A stretch of 64,000 nucleotides of DNA from contig JBMFRA010000006.1 of the NCBI GenBank assembly GCA_049968315.1, positions 647 to 64,646 on the forward strand, given 5' to 3'. The position numbers were made by a program, and so were the translations under genes. Under the pieces are notes generated by a model that did no database searches, was not told where the DNA came from, and was given only the letters and a program-made list of their open reading frames with translations. The DNA comes from Acidobacteriota bacterium (lineage in GTDB: Bacteria > Acidobacteriota > UBA4820 > DSQY01). The stretch's first letter is position 1. Every line of letters begins with the position of its first letter. Positions 1-8,287 of the stretch are shown here, in pieces.

Positions 1-684
1 TTCTGGACGAGGAGCTTGCCGATGTTCAGGACGCCGATGACGTTCTCCTTGATCTTCAATGGGATGCAGGCGATGGGGTGGTGGAAGTCCACCCGGTACC
101 CCGCCTCGGCCTGGTTGATGTAGTAGGGCTCTCCGGTCTTGGCCACGGTGCCGACGATCCCCTCGCCGATGCGGACGGAGGGGAAGGCGAAGCCCTCGTC
201 GTAGCCTTCGTGGGCGATGACGCCCAGTTCGTTGGTCTTCTCGTCCAGGAGCATGATGGAGAAGACCTCGGCCCCGATGAGGTTGATGACGATCTCCATG
301 ACGATCTGGACCACCTCCTGGAAGTCCAGGGTCGAATGGAGCTGGTAGGAGGCCACGTAGAGGTTGGCCAGGTTGTTGTTCTGCTCCTCCACCTCCACGT
401 ACCGCTGGGCGAAGTCCTTGTTCTCCTCCTCCACCCGCTGGTAGAGGGCCTCCAATTCCCGCTTCTCCCGTTCCACCTGCTCGAGGCGCTTTCGGAGGAT
501 CTCCAGCTCCGCCTCCAGGCCGCGGCTGTCGCCCGACTGGGACTGGAGGGCCGCCACCTGGTAGCGGAGGCGCTCGTTCTCCTTCAGGAGGTCCTGGATG
601 AACTCCTTCTGCTTGGAGAGCATCTGAAGGAATTCCTGGCTCTTTCGGAACAGCTCGTTGTGGTCGTCGGCCATGGGACCATCC
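1..684 (-). CDS. GAF domain protein with N-terminal coiled coil, partial (N-terminal 228 aa in window; C-terminus lies beyond position 1)
   Basis: Reverse-strand translation from the ATG whose complement lies at 682-684 gives MADDHNELFRKSQEFLQMLSKQKEFIQDLLKENERLRYQVAALQ (coiled coil) followed by a GAF-like block (...EVFSIMLLDEKTNELGVIAHEGYDEGFAFPSVRIGEGIVGTVAKTGEPYYINQ...IPLKIKENVIGVLNIGK). The listed + ORF 78..1178 is the EL-rich antisense shadow of this gene. Confidence 0.6.
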
Positions 685-805
685 GCCTTCAGCGGGGTTG
701 TACCACAGGGTCCGGGGGAATGCAACGCGGCCCGCCCTACCGTCCCTCCTGGACCGGGTGGAGCCTTCCATCCCACCGCCTCTTCCTTCCCCCTGGCGGG
801 TCTCC

Positions 806-1870
806 TCACAAGGCAGGGCTGTCCAGGAGGGCGTGGCGGTTGACGAGGTCCGCGATGCCGTCGAGGTCGGCCACGTGGTGGGCGGCCCCCGCCTTGATGA
901 CCTCCCGGGGCATCCCGAAGATCACGGCGGAGGACTCGCTCTCCGCCACGACGATCCCCCCGGCGGCGTTCACCGCCCGGGCCCCCTCCGTCCCGTCGTC
1001 CCCCATGCCGGTGAGGACCGCCACCAGGCAGTTCCGGCCGGCGGCGGCGGCCAGGCTTCGGAAGAGGTGGTTGGCGGACGGCGCGAAGCGGTCCTCGGGC
1101 CGGCGGGGACCCGTCCGGATCACCAGGTCCTTCCCCTGGCGCTCCAGGCGGGTCTGCTTGCCGCCGGGAGCCACGTAGACGGTGCGGGCCGAGAGGGTGT
1201 CGCCGTCCTCCGCCTCCCTGACGGCCCGCCCCGAGAGGGTGGCCAGCCGTTCGGCGAAGAGCCGCGTGAAGACCGGCGGCATGTGCTGGCAGATGAGGAT
1301 GGGGGAGAGGAGGTGGGGGGAGAGGCCCAGGAGAACCCGCTGGAGGGCCGGAGGCCCGCCGGTGGAGGCGGCGAGGGCCACGATCTCCGCCCGGCGGCTT
1401 CCCTTGGCCTGGGGCGGGGGCTCGGCGGGAGGCCGGGGGGCCTGGGCCTCCACCCGCTGGCGGACCTTGTCCAGCTTGAAGGAGGGGATGGCCAGGATCT
1501 TGGAGAGGAGTTCCTCCTCCATGTTCTTGAGGTCGGGCGACGCCGTGCGGGTGGGCTTGACGACGAAATCGGCGGCCCCCAGGTCCAGGGCCTTGAAGAC
1601 CGACCGGTCCGACTCCCGGGCGGAGACCACGATGACCGGTATGGGGCGGTTGGCCATGACCCAGCGCAGGACGGCAAAGCCGTCCATGTTGGGCATCTCC
1701 AGGTCCAGGGTCATGGCGTCGGGCTGGAGCTTGAGGATCTTCTGGAGGGCGTCCTCCCCGTCGAAGGCCCGCCCCACCACCTCCACCTTCCCGGAGGACT
1801 CCAGGATCTCGGAGATGACCTTCCGGTTGAAGGAGGAGTCGTCCACCACCAGCACGCGGATCTTCTTCAC
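806..1870 (-). CDS. cheB: Chemotaxis response regulator protein-glutamate methylesterase CheB (REC + methylesterase)
   Basis: N-terminal receiver MKKIRVLVVDDSSFNRKVISEIL...LDLEMPNMDG and C-terminal CheB methylesterase domain (AASTGGPPAL...VLTGMGDDGTEGARAVNAAGGIVVAESESSAVIFGMPREVI). The 4-bp overlap with cheR is typical of operon coupling. Confidence 0.9.
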   Translation of the reverse strand: MKKIRVLVVDDSSFNRKVISEILESSGKVEVVGRAFDGEDALQKILKLQPDAMTLDLEMPNMDGFAVLRWVMANRPIPVIVVSARESDRSVFKALDLGAADFVVKPTRTASPDLKNMEEELLSKILAIPSFKLDKVRQRVEAQAPRPPAEPPPQAKGSRRAEIVALAASTGGPPALQRVLLGLSPHLLSPILICQHMPPVFTRLFAERLATLSGRAVREAEDGDTLSARTVYVAPGGKQTRLERQGKDLVIRTGPRRPEDRFAPSANHLFRSLAAAAGRNCLVAVLTGMGDDGTEGARAVNAAGGIVVAESESSAVIFGMPREVIKAGAAHHVADLDGIADLVNRHALLDSPAL

Positions 1871-2727
1871 GGCCCCTCCTTCGTGTAGACGAGGTCGTGG
1901 GGCAGGTGGACGAGGCGGAAGCGGTCGGTGACGGAAATCAGGCTCTCCGAGTGGCCCAGCAGGAGAAAGCCGCCCGGCCGCAGCTTCTCGTGGAACTTCT
2001 CCATGACCCGCGCCTTGGCCTCCATGTCGAAATAGATAATGACGTTTCGGCAGAAAATCACGTCAAAGGGGGAGAAGAAGGCGTAGCGGTCCATGTCGAA
2101 GAGGTTGAAGCGGGAGAACTGGACCTTTTTCCGGATCTCCTCCTTCAGGCGGTACCGGTTGGGGCCCTCGGGATGGAACCACCGGGCCTTGAAGGGGGGG
2201 GGCACCCCCCGGAAGGAGCTCTCGGCGTAGATCCCCTCCCGGGCCCGGGCCAGCACGCGGGTGTTGATGTCGGTGCCGAGGATCTCGAAGGCCCCTTCGG
2301 TCCAGAGGCCCGCCTCCGTCAGGAGGATGGCCACCGAGTACGGCTCCTCCCCGCTGGAGCAGCCGGCGCTCCAGATGCGCAGGCGCTGGCTAGGCCGGGA
2401 GGCCCTCAGGGCGGGCACGATGTCCTTGAGGAAGCACTCGAGCTGGCGCTCCTCTCGCATGAAGTAGGTCTCGTTGGTGGTGATGAGGGCGATGAGGGCG
2501 TCCCACTCCTGGGCCCGGTCGGCGTCGTACTGGAGGAAGTGGTAGTAGTCGCGGGGGTGGAGCCCCCCCAGGGCCTCCAGGCGGTTCTGCAGGCGCTTCT
2601 CGAAGAAGAAGCGGCTGGAGGGGCCAAAGGAGAGCCCCGTCTGGTCGTGGACCAGCTTGCAGAAGAGCCGGAAGAGTTCGTCGTCGAGGAGGTTGCCCTC
2701 CGGCTCCATCCCGTCCCAGAGGCCCAT
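1867..2727 (-). CDS. cheR: Chemotaxis protein methyltransferase CheR
   Basis: The ETYFMREERQLECFLKDIV...RIWSAGCSSGEEPYSVAILL...VIFCRNVIIYFD block is a diagnostic CheR SAM-dependent methyltransferase signature. Confidence 0.9.
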   Translation of the reverse strand: MGLWDGMEPEGNLLDDELFRLFCKLVHDQTGLSFGPSSRFFFEKRLQNRLEALGGLHPRDYYHFLQYDADRAQEWDALIALITTNETYFMREERQLECFLKDIVPALRASRPSQRLRIWSAGCSSGEEPYSVAILLTEAGLWTEGAFEILGTDINTRVLARAREGIYAESSFRGVPPPFKARWFHPEGPNRYRLKEEIRKKVQFSRFNLFDMDRYAFFSPFDVIFCRNVIIYFDMEAKARVMEKFHEKLRPGGFLLLGHSESLISVTDRFRLVHLPHDLVYTKEGP

Positions 2728-2730
2728 GGT

Positions 2731-4941
2731 TCAGAGGCCCTCCAAATGCTTGAGGATCTCGATGAGGATCAGCTTGGTCTGGAAGTCCACCGACTGGGCT
2801 TCGTGTTCGATGAGCCGCAGGTTTTCCCGGCCGAGGCTGACGAAGAAGGCGAAGGCGGCGTCCTTGAGGACCGGGTCGGTGAGGTAGTTGAGCATGCGGG
2901 GCACGGCCTCGACGGCCTTGAGGGAGACGAGGGCCTGGATCACCGCCTGCTTCACGAGGGGGTCCGGGTCCCGCTCCAGCTCCTTGAGCAACGGGGCGAG
3001 AAAGCGCCGGTCCTGGGAGGTGCCCATGAGTTCGATGGCCGTTTGGCGGATCTCCCAGTGCGGATCGGCCAGGGCCTCGGTGAGCAGGCGGGCGGCGTCG
3101 GGACGGTGGGAGCGGGCCAGGGCCGCCAGGGCCGCCCGGCGGACCTCCAGGGGGGCGTCGGGGCGCCGGGCCAGCTCCAGAACCCGGGGGAAGAGGGCGC
3201 CGCACCCCACCTCCATGAGGCCCTTCAGGGCCCCCAGCTGCACGGGAAGGGCCTCCTGGTCCAGGACCTTGAGGAGGGCCTCCCCCACTTCGGCGTCGGT
3301 GCTCTGGGCCAGGTGGGCCGCCGCCTCGGCGCGGACCCAGACGTCGGCGTCGGTGAGGAGGGCCATGAGGGTCTCGCTCTGGCGCGTGAGGAGCTCCCGC
3401 CCCAGGGCCGCCACCACCGCCCGCCGGACCTTGGGGTCCGAATCCCCCAGGAGGGGGAGGAGGGTTTCAAAGGCGCCGGCGCCGGCCCGCTCGGCCACCA
3501 GGCGGACGACGGTTCTGCGGACCGCCGGCGAGGAGTCCCGGAGCCCCGGTAGGAGGGGGGCGGTCTCCATCCCCGTCCCCTCCGCCAGGAGGAGGTAGCC
3601 CGCCACCCGGACGCCCTCCTCCGGGCTTTCCGCCATCTGGCCTCCCAGGGTGGCGATGCGCCCGCGGAGGGAGGGGTTCCGCCGCGCCATGGCCTTCAGG
3701 CCCTGGAGGGCCGTCTGGTGGAAGGTGGGGTCTCCCTCCCGGAGGACGGAAACGAGTTCGGCGAGGGCCCGGGGGTCGTCGGACTGCCCCAGGGCCGCCA
3801 GGGCCTCCATCCGGATCTGGTCCTCCTCCTCCCGGGCTTGGCCGAGGAGGGGGACCACCGATTCGGGCCCGCCGGTGCGTCCCAGCAGGCGGATCAGAAG
3901 CACCCGCTGCTCCTGGGTGGAAGCACGGTGGAGGCGTTGGACCACCGACTGGGTGGCGGCGGTACCGAAGGCGCACGCGGCGGCGTAGGCGTCCTTCTGC
4001 AGGTAGACGTTCTCCAACTCGTCCAGGACGTGGTCCAAGAGGGTCAGGTCTCCCAAGGCGCCGGCGACGACGATCATCCCCCGCCGCTCTTCGGTTTTGG
4101 CCTCGCCCCAGCTCCGGTCCAGTTCCTCCACCATCTCCAGGGGGAAGTGGTTGCGGACGAGCCTCTGGAGCTCCGCCTGGTGCCGCGGGAGGAGGGGGGC
4201 GGGGATGGGGGCGTGGTGGATGCGCCCCAGGCACTCCAGGAGGTCCCCCAGCGGAGCACCGGGCTCGGAGGCCCGCTCCAGGAGGAAGGGAACCACCGAG
4301 AGGTCCGCCAGGCGGCCGAAGGACTTGAGGACGGCCTTCCGAAACTTACGCACCTCGTAGAGTTCCATGAGCTTGGCGGTGGCTTCCCGCCCGCCGATGC
4401 AGGAGAGGGCGTCGATGAGGTGGAACCAGAGCCAGTCGTCCTCCCGCCGGAAGATGTCGAAGAGGACCGGAAGGCTCCCCGTGTCCCGGAGCTGGCCCAG
4501 GCTGGTAATGGCGGCGGAGAGGATGTTCTTGTTCTCGTGGCTGAGGTAGTAGATGAGGTGCGGGGCGCTGGAGCGGGAGGGGATCTCCCCCAGGAGGGTG
4601 ATGAGGGCCAGCTTGACGTCCAGGTCGTTCTCCACGAGCTGGTCATAGATGGCCGGAAGGGCCGGCGGGCCGATCTTCACCAGGGCCTCGGAGGCGGAGT
4701 TGCGCTTGCCGGCGTTGTCGGAGTCGTAGAGGGCCCCGAAGAGAATGGGCAGGGTCTTCTCCATGGGAAAGAGGAGAATCGACTCCACGGCGGCCTTCCG
4801 CACCCGCCAGTTGGGGTCCCCCAGAAGGCCGTCCAGGAGGGGCAGCGCCTCCTCCCGGCCCGTCTCTCCCAGGGCCAGCGCCGCCTTGCGGCGCGTCTCC
4901 ACCTCCGGAGAGTGGGCGTCTCGCGCCAGGGCTTCCATCAT
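2731..4941 (-). CDS. HEAT/PBS-lyase repeat protein, Cpc7-like chemotaxis-associated
   Basis: Many tandem HEAT-like repeats of the form ...VRRAAVEALG.../...DPNWRVRKAAVESI.... The true start is taken at the internal MMEALARDAHS, whose ATG complement is at 4939-4941. The first ~235 codons of the listed ORF 2731..5646 are a Pro/Gly/Arg-rich low-complexity extension that overlaps the upstream gene. The 4-bp ATGA overlap with the upstream gene stop supports this start. Confidence 0.75.
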   Translation of the reverse strand: MMEALARDAHSPEVETRRKAALALGETGREEALPLLDGLLGDPNWRVRKAAVESILLFPMEKTLPILFGALYDSDNAGKRNSASEALVKIGPPALPAIYDQLVENDLDVKLALITLLGEIPSRSSAPHLIYYLSHENKNILSAAITSLGQLRDTGSLPVLFDIFRREDDWLWFHLIDALSCIGGREATAKLMELYEVRKFRKAVLKSFGRLADLSVVPFLLERASEPGAPLGDLLECLGRIHHAPIPAPLLPRHQAELQRLVRNHFPLEMVEELDRSWGEAKTEERRGMIVVAGALGDLTLLDHVLDELENVYLQKDAYAAACAFGTAATQSVVQRLHRASTQEQRVLLIRLLGRTGGPESVVPLLGQAREEEDQIRMEALAALGQSDDPRALAELVSVLREGDPTFHQTALQGLKAMARRNPSLRGRIATLGGQMAESPEEGVRVAGYLLLAEGTGMETAPLLPGLRDSSPAVRRTVVRLVAERAGAGAFETLLPLLGDSDPKVRRAVVAALGRELLTRQSETLMALLTDADVWVRAEAAAHLAQSTDAEVGEALLKVLDQEALPVQLGALKGLMEVGCGALFPRVLELARRPDAPLEVRRAALAALARSHRPDAARLLTEALADPHWEIRQTAIELMGTSQDRRFLAPLLKELERDPDPLVKQAVIQALVSLKAVEAVPRMLNYLTDPVLKDAAFAFFVSLGRENLRLIEHEAQSVDFQTKLILIEILKHLEGL

Positions 4942-5720
4942 GGGGAACCTCCCCTCCGAGCCTGCCAGTCCAGGTACTGGGAGACGATGGCGTCCAGCAC
5001 CTTGGAAGCGCCCGGCCTCCGGGCCTCCAGGTACCGCTTGGCCTCCTGGGCCTCCTGGCGGAACTCCGCCAGGAACCCTTGGAGGTCCTTCACCTTCCGC
5101 ATTCTCCCGGGATGGTAGACGAGGAGGTCGGCGAAGACCGACCGGGCCAGGCGGTGGGACTCGGCGTCCAGACCCCGGCTCTCCGCCGCCCCCGCCTCCA
5201 GAGGCATGTGGAGGTGGTAGGAGATCTTTTTCAAAACCGCCTCGTCGCTGTAGCCCTCTTCGAGGTAGTCGTCGGCGCCGTAAAGGGACTCGGGCCTCCG
5301 GTGGTAACGGCGGGAGTTGTGGATGGCCCCCAGGAGAAGGATGGCCCGGGGAGCCGGGCCTTCGGCCCGGAGCCGGGCGATGAGTTCCACCCCCATGAGG
5401 CCGGGAAGGTAGGGGTTCACGAGGAGGAGGTCCGGGCGGCGCTGGCGGACCGCTTCGTAGGCCGCCTCTCCGTCTTCCGCCACCGTCAGGGCGAAGCCCT
5501 GCCGGTTGAGGAGGTCGATGAGGCCGTTCCGGAAGTCCCGCTGGATGTCGGCCACCACCGCGGTGGCGTGCCGCCCGTTGCCGGCCAGGTCGTGCAGGGC
5601 CTCGGGGCTCAGGTTCACCAGGAACTCCCGGGAACAGCCCCGGCAACGGACCCTCAGGAGGCGCGCCTGGCCTTCGGGAACCTTGTACCGCTTGAGGCAG
5701 TGGGGGCAGTAGACGTACAT
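4938..5720 (-). CDS. MJ0042-type zinc-ribbon protein fused to a receiver-like domain that appears to be a pseudo-receiver
   Basis: N-terminus MYVYCPHCLKRYKVPEGQARLLRVRCRGCSREFLV has CPHC...CRGC, a zinc ribbon. A REC-like fold follows (TAVVADIQRDF...RPDLLLVNPYLPGLMGVELI...ILLLGA), but the phospho-acceptor position reads N (LLLVNP) instead of D and the acidic pair is reduced to AD. This resembles non-phosphorylatable FrzS-type receivers. Confidence 0.7.
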   Translation of the reverse strand: MYVYCPHCLKRYKVPEGQARLLRVRCRGCSREFLVNLSPEALHDLAGNGRHATAVVADIQRDFRNGLIDLLNRQGFALTVAEDGEAAYEAVRQRRPDLLLVNPYLPGLMGVELIARLRAEGPAPRAILLLGAIHNSRRYHRRPESLYGADDYLEEGYSDEAVLKKISYHLHMPLEAGAAESRGLDAESHRLARSVFADLLVYHPGRMRKVKDLQGFLAEFRQEAQEAKRYLEARRPGASKVLDAIVSQYLDWQARRGGSP

Positions 5721-5733
5721 GGAGACTCCCGCG

Positions 5734-6411
5734 TCAGGGGGCGAAGGCCAGGAAGAGGGGCAGGTTCAGGAAGGCCACCGCCCGTCCGCCCCGGTAGAAG
5801 ACCCCCTCCACGAACTCCTGTCCCACGGGCCGGAAGCCTTCGGGGGGCGGTTCCAGGGTCTGGAGGTCCACCTCCGCCAGGGGTTCGATGCCGTCCACCA
5901 GGAGGCCGAAGTGGTCCGCCCCCATGTCCAGGATGACGATCTTTCGCCCTTCCTGGCGTGCGGCCCGCCGGATGCCCAGCCGCGCCGCCACGTCGATCAC
6001 GTTCACGATCTTCCCCCGGAGGGTGAGGATGCCCACGAAGAAGCCGGGGGCGTTGGGCACGGGGGTCAGGGGCCTCTCCTCGATGATGAGGGCGATGTCG
6101 TGGATGGGGATGGCGTACCGCTCCCGGGCCAGCAGGAAGACCAGGAGCTTCTCTCCGCGGCCCGAGGGGGCCTCCCCTTGGGGAGGGGAAGGTGCCGGGG
6201 CCCCTTCGCCTTCTGCGGCGGGCGGGGGGAGGGGCTTCTCCTCCGCCTCCCGCTCCGCCCCCTCCGCTTCCGGAGCGGGCGGGGGAAAGGGCGGCTCCGG
6301 TGGCGGGGGGGGCGCGGAAGGGGGCGGGGCTTCCCCGGCGGGAGGGTGCTTCTCCGGGGAAGGACGGCGGGCCTTCTTTCGGATCTTCGCCAGGTCCATG
6401 CGAGCCCCCAA
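5734..6411 (-). CDS. cheW: Chemotaxis coupling protein CheW with Pro-rich N-terminal extension
   Basis: CheW-like domain EKLLVFLLARERYAIPIHDIALIIEE...FFVGILTLRGKIVNVIDVAARLG...KIVILDMGADHFGLLVDGIE, preceded by ~85 aa rich in P, E and A. The start could alternatively be the 5th codon (MDLAK). Confidence 0.8.
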   Translation of the reverse strand: MGARMDLAKIRKKARRPSPEKHPPAGEAPPPSAPPPPPEPPFPPPAPEAEGAEREAEEKPLPPPAAEGEGAPAPSPPQGEAPSGRGEKLLVFLLARERYAIPIHDIALIIEERPLTPVPNAPGFFVGILTLRGKIVNVIDVAARLGIRRAARQEGRKIVILDMGADHFGLLVDGIEPLAEVDLQTLEPPPEGFRPVGQEFVEGVFYRGGRAVAFLNLPLFLAFAP

Positions 6412-6502
6412 AGGACGTTTCGATTATACGGAAGAGGGACGGGGGGTGCAATTCGGCGGGCCCTTTGGTTGTTCTTTCGCCTGAGCCAGAGAAAGGACGG
6501 AC

Positions 6503-7699
6503 ATGGCGCGGGCGGAAGAAGAGGAGAAGACCCCCGAAAGAAACGGCGCCCGGCCCTTTCCTTGGTTCGAGGTGCTGGGGGCCACCTCCCGCGTCCTGGC
6601 GGAGGACCTTCGGCTGGAGCGGACGGTTCAGTTCTGGCGTCTTGCCGTGCTCTCCCTTCTTCTCGCCGTACCCGCCGCGGCCATCGCGGTGGAGGGGTGG
6701 AGGCCCGAGCACCTCTGGGGGCTGGTGGTCATCCTGGCCAGCATCCTCCTCACCCTCCCCTCCCTCTGGAGCCTCAGGAGCCCCCGCCGCATCGCCCTGG
6801 TGCGCTTCGGCGCCACCTTCTTGGATGCCACGTGGGTGACGGCCCTCCTGGCGGTCTACCTCGCCCTGGGCAGGCCCATGATGGCCGTCAACAGCCAGGT
6901 GACCTTCCTCGCGTACTTCTTGGTCCTTGGCCTCATCGCCTGCCGCCACGACCTCTCCCTCGCCCTCTTCGGCGCCGCCCTGGTCCTCTGCGAATACCTG
7001 GCCCTGGTGGCGGCGGGGGCCTTCCTGTACAACCTCCCCTCCGCCCCCCCCGACCCCGCCTACGGCTCCTTCGGCTGGGCCAACCAGGTGGGACGCCTCA
7101 TCATCCTGCTCCTGGCGGCGGCCCTCACGGTCCTCGTGGTCCTCAACTCCCGGCGGGTGCGGGAGCACTCCCTGCGGGACGGCCTCACGGGCATCCACAA
7201 CCGCCGCTACTTCGAGGAGGCCCTGGAGCTGGAGTTCGTCCACAGCGAGGCCCGCGGGGAACCTCTGGTGCTGGTCCTCATGGACGTGGACCACTTCAAG
7301 GAGTACAACGACCGGCGCGGGCACCCCTTCGGAGACCGGGTGCTCCTCATGGCCGCCGACTACCTCCTCCGTCACCTGCGGCGAAGCGACGTTCTGGCCC
7401 GGTACGGTGGCGACGAGTTCGCTTTTCTCCTGCCCAACACCACCCCCCAAGAGGCCCTGGAGACCCTCTTCCGCCTCCAAGGGAATGCGGAGCGGTGGTT
7501 CCACGGGCTCACCACCCCCGGGGAGCCGCCCCTCTCCTTCTCCTTCGGCCTGGCCGAAAGGGGGCCGGGAGACGCGAGCGGCGCCGACCTCCTCGGCCGC
7601 GCCGACCGCCACCTCTACCGGAGTAAGGCCGCCGGCGGGGGGATGGTCTGCCTGGAGGGAGGCCGCCTGGTGAAGCGGCCGGCCGCCGCCCACCGCTGA
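6503..7699 (+). CDS. Membrane-bound diguanylate cyclase (multi-TM N-terminus + GGDEF domain)
   Basis: About six hydrophobic segments are followed by a GGDEF domain (DGLTGIHNRRYFEE...LVLMDVDHFKEYNDRRGHPFGDRVL...LRRSDVLARYGGDEFAFLLP). The active-site GGDEF and the RxxD I-site (RRSD) are both present. Confidence 0.85.
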   Translation: MARAEEEEKTPERNGARPFPWFEVLGATSRVLAEDLRLERTVQFWRLAVLSLLLAVPAAAIAVEGWRPEHLWGLVVILASILLTLPSLWSLRSPRRIALVRFGATFLDATWVTALLAVYLALGRPMMAVNSQVTFLAYFLVLGLIACRHDLSLALFGAALVLCEYLALVAAGAFLYNLPSAPPDPAYGSFGWANQVGRLIILLLAAALTVLVVLNSRRVREHSLRDGLTGIHNRRYFEEALELEFVHSEARGEPLVLVLMDVDHFKEYNDRRGHPFGDRVLLMAADYLLRHLRRSDVLARYGGDEFAFLLPNTTPQEALETLFRLQGNAERWFHGLTTPGEPPLSFSFGLAERGPGDASGADLLGRADRHLYRSKAAGGGMVCLEGGRLVKRPAAAHR

Positions 7700-7716
7700 A
7701 GCCTGGGCCCCTCCGG

Positions 7717-8256
7717 TCACCCGGTTAGGCGTCCCTCCGCCAGCGCCCGCTGGAAGGCCTGCCGGGCCAGGGATGCGTGGCGGCGGACGGTGACCTCCCC
7801 AATCCCCAGCAGGCGGGCCACCTCCCCGTCGGGAAGGCCCATCACCTCCCGGAGGAGAAAGACCAGCCTCCGGCGGGGGGCAAGCCCCCAGGCCCAGTGG
7901 TACAGGCGCCCGGGATCGAAGGGGCGCCCCTCCACCCGGAGTTCCCCCGCCCCTTGGGGCAGCGGCTCCATATCCGGGAGCTTCCGCCTCCGGCGGAGGA
8001 AGGTGTAGGCCCTGCGGACGGCGACGGCCTTGAGGAAGGGGTAGGGATCTTCCCCCCGGCGCAGGCGCCCCAGCGACCGGTAGAACCGGAAGAAGGCGTC
8101 TTGGAGGATCTCTTCGGTGTCCTCGGCGTTGGGGACCACCTGGAAGACCAGGCGGAAGAGGGGCCGGTAGTAGTGGCGGAGGAGCCGCTCGAAGGCCCCC
8201 TCGTCGCCCTCTTGGGCGGCACCGAGCCATTCCTGGGGGCCTTGGGACCCTTCCAC
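7717..8256 (-). CDS. ECF-family RNA polymerase sigma factor
   Basis: Sigma-70 region 2 (FERLLRHYYRPLFRLVFQVVPNAEDTEEILQDAFFRFYRSL) and region 4 (LVFLLREVMGLPDGEVARLLGIGEVTVRRH). Confidence 0.85.
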   Translation of the reverse strand: MEGSQGPQEWLGAAQEGDEGAFERLLRHYYRPLFRLVFQVVPNAEDTEEILQDAFFRFYRSLGRLRRGEDPYPFLKAVAVRRAYTFLRRRRKLPDMEPLPQGAGELRVEGRPFDPGRLYHWAWGLAPRRRLVFLLREVMGLPDGEVARLLGIGEVTVRRHASLARQAFQRALAEGRLTG

Positions 8257-8287
8257 CCGCTCCTCCCGCGCCCTTCGGCCCTCCCTC

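Noticed and set aside
78-1178. The + strand 366-aa ORF at the window start
   Set aside because: It is the antisense shadow of a minus-strand GAF/coiled-coil gene (EL/VG-rich, no motifs). The minus-strand translation gives a clean GAF domain.
2731-5646. Upstream extensions of several real genes offered by the track (HEAT protein to 5646, korC to 15590, GNAT to 20745, kinase to 14391, cytochrome c to 50132, ftcD from 49297, RR to 37689, oppA from 30742, pepE from 45222)
   Set aside because: The extended N-termini are low-complexity, overlap neighbouring genes and lack SD sequences. Internal ATG/GTG codons with SDs or stop-start overlaps coincide with the start of conserved sequence.
5654-8230. 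An 858-aa minus-strand ORF and other very long Pro/Arg/Gly-rich ORFs (e.g. 8468..9634 +, 10718..12964 +, 13214..14566 -, 15443..17512 +, 18127..20688 +, 18599..21154 -, 20571..22370 -, 25327..26598 +, 28783..30666 +, 47394..48608 -)
   Set aside because: All overlap, on the opposite strand or in an alternative frame, genes with unambiguous conserved-protein signatures (cheW, GGDEF, korAB, sucCD, rSAM, SBBP protein, permease). Their composition is the low-complexity P/R/G/A pattern expected from non-coding frames at ~70% GC.
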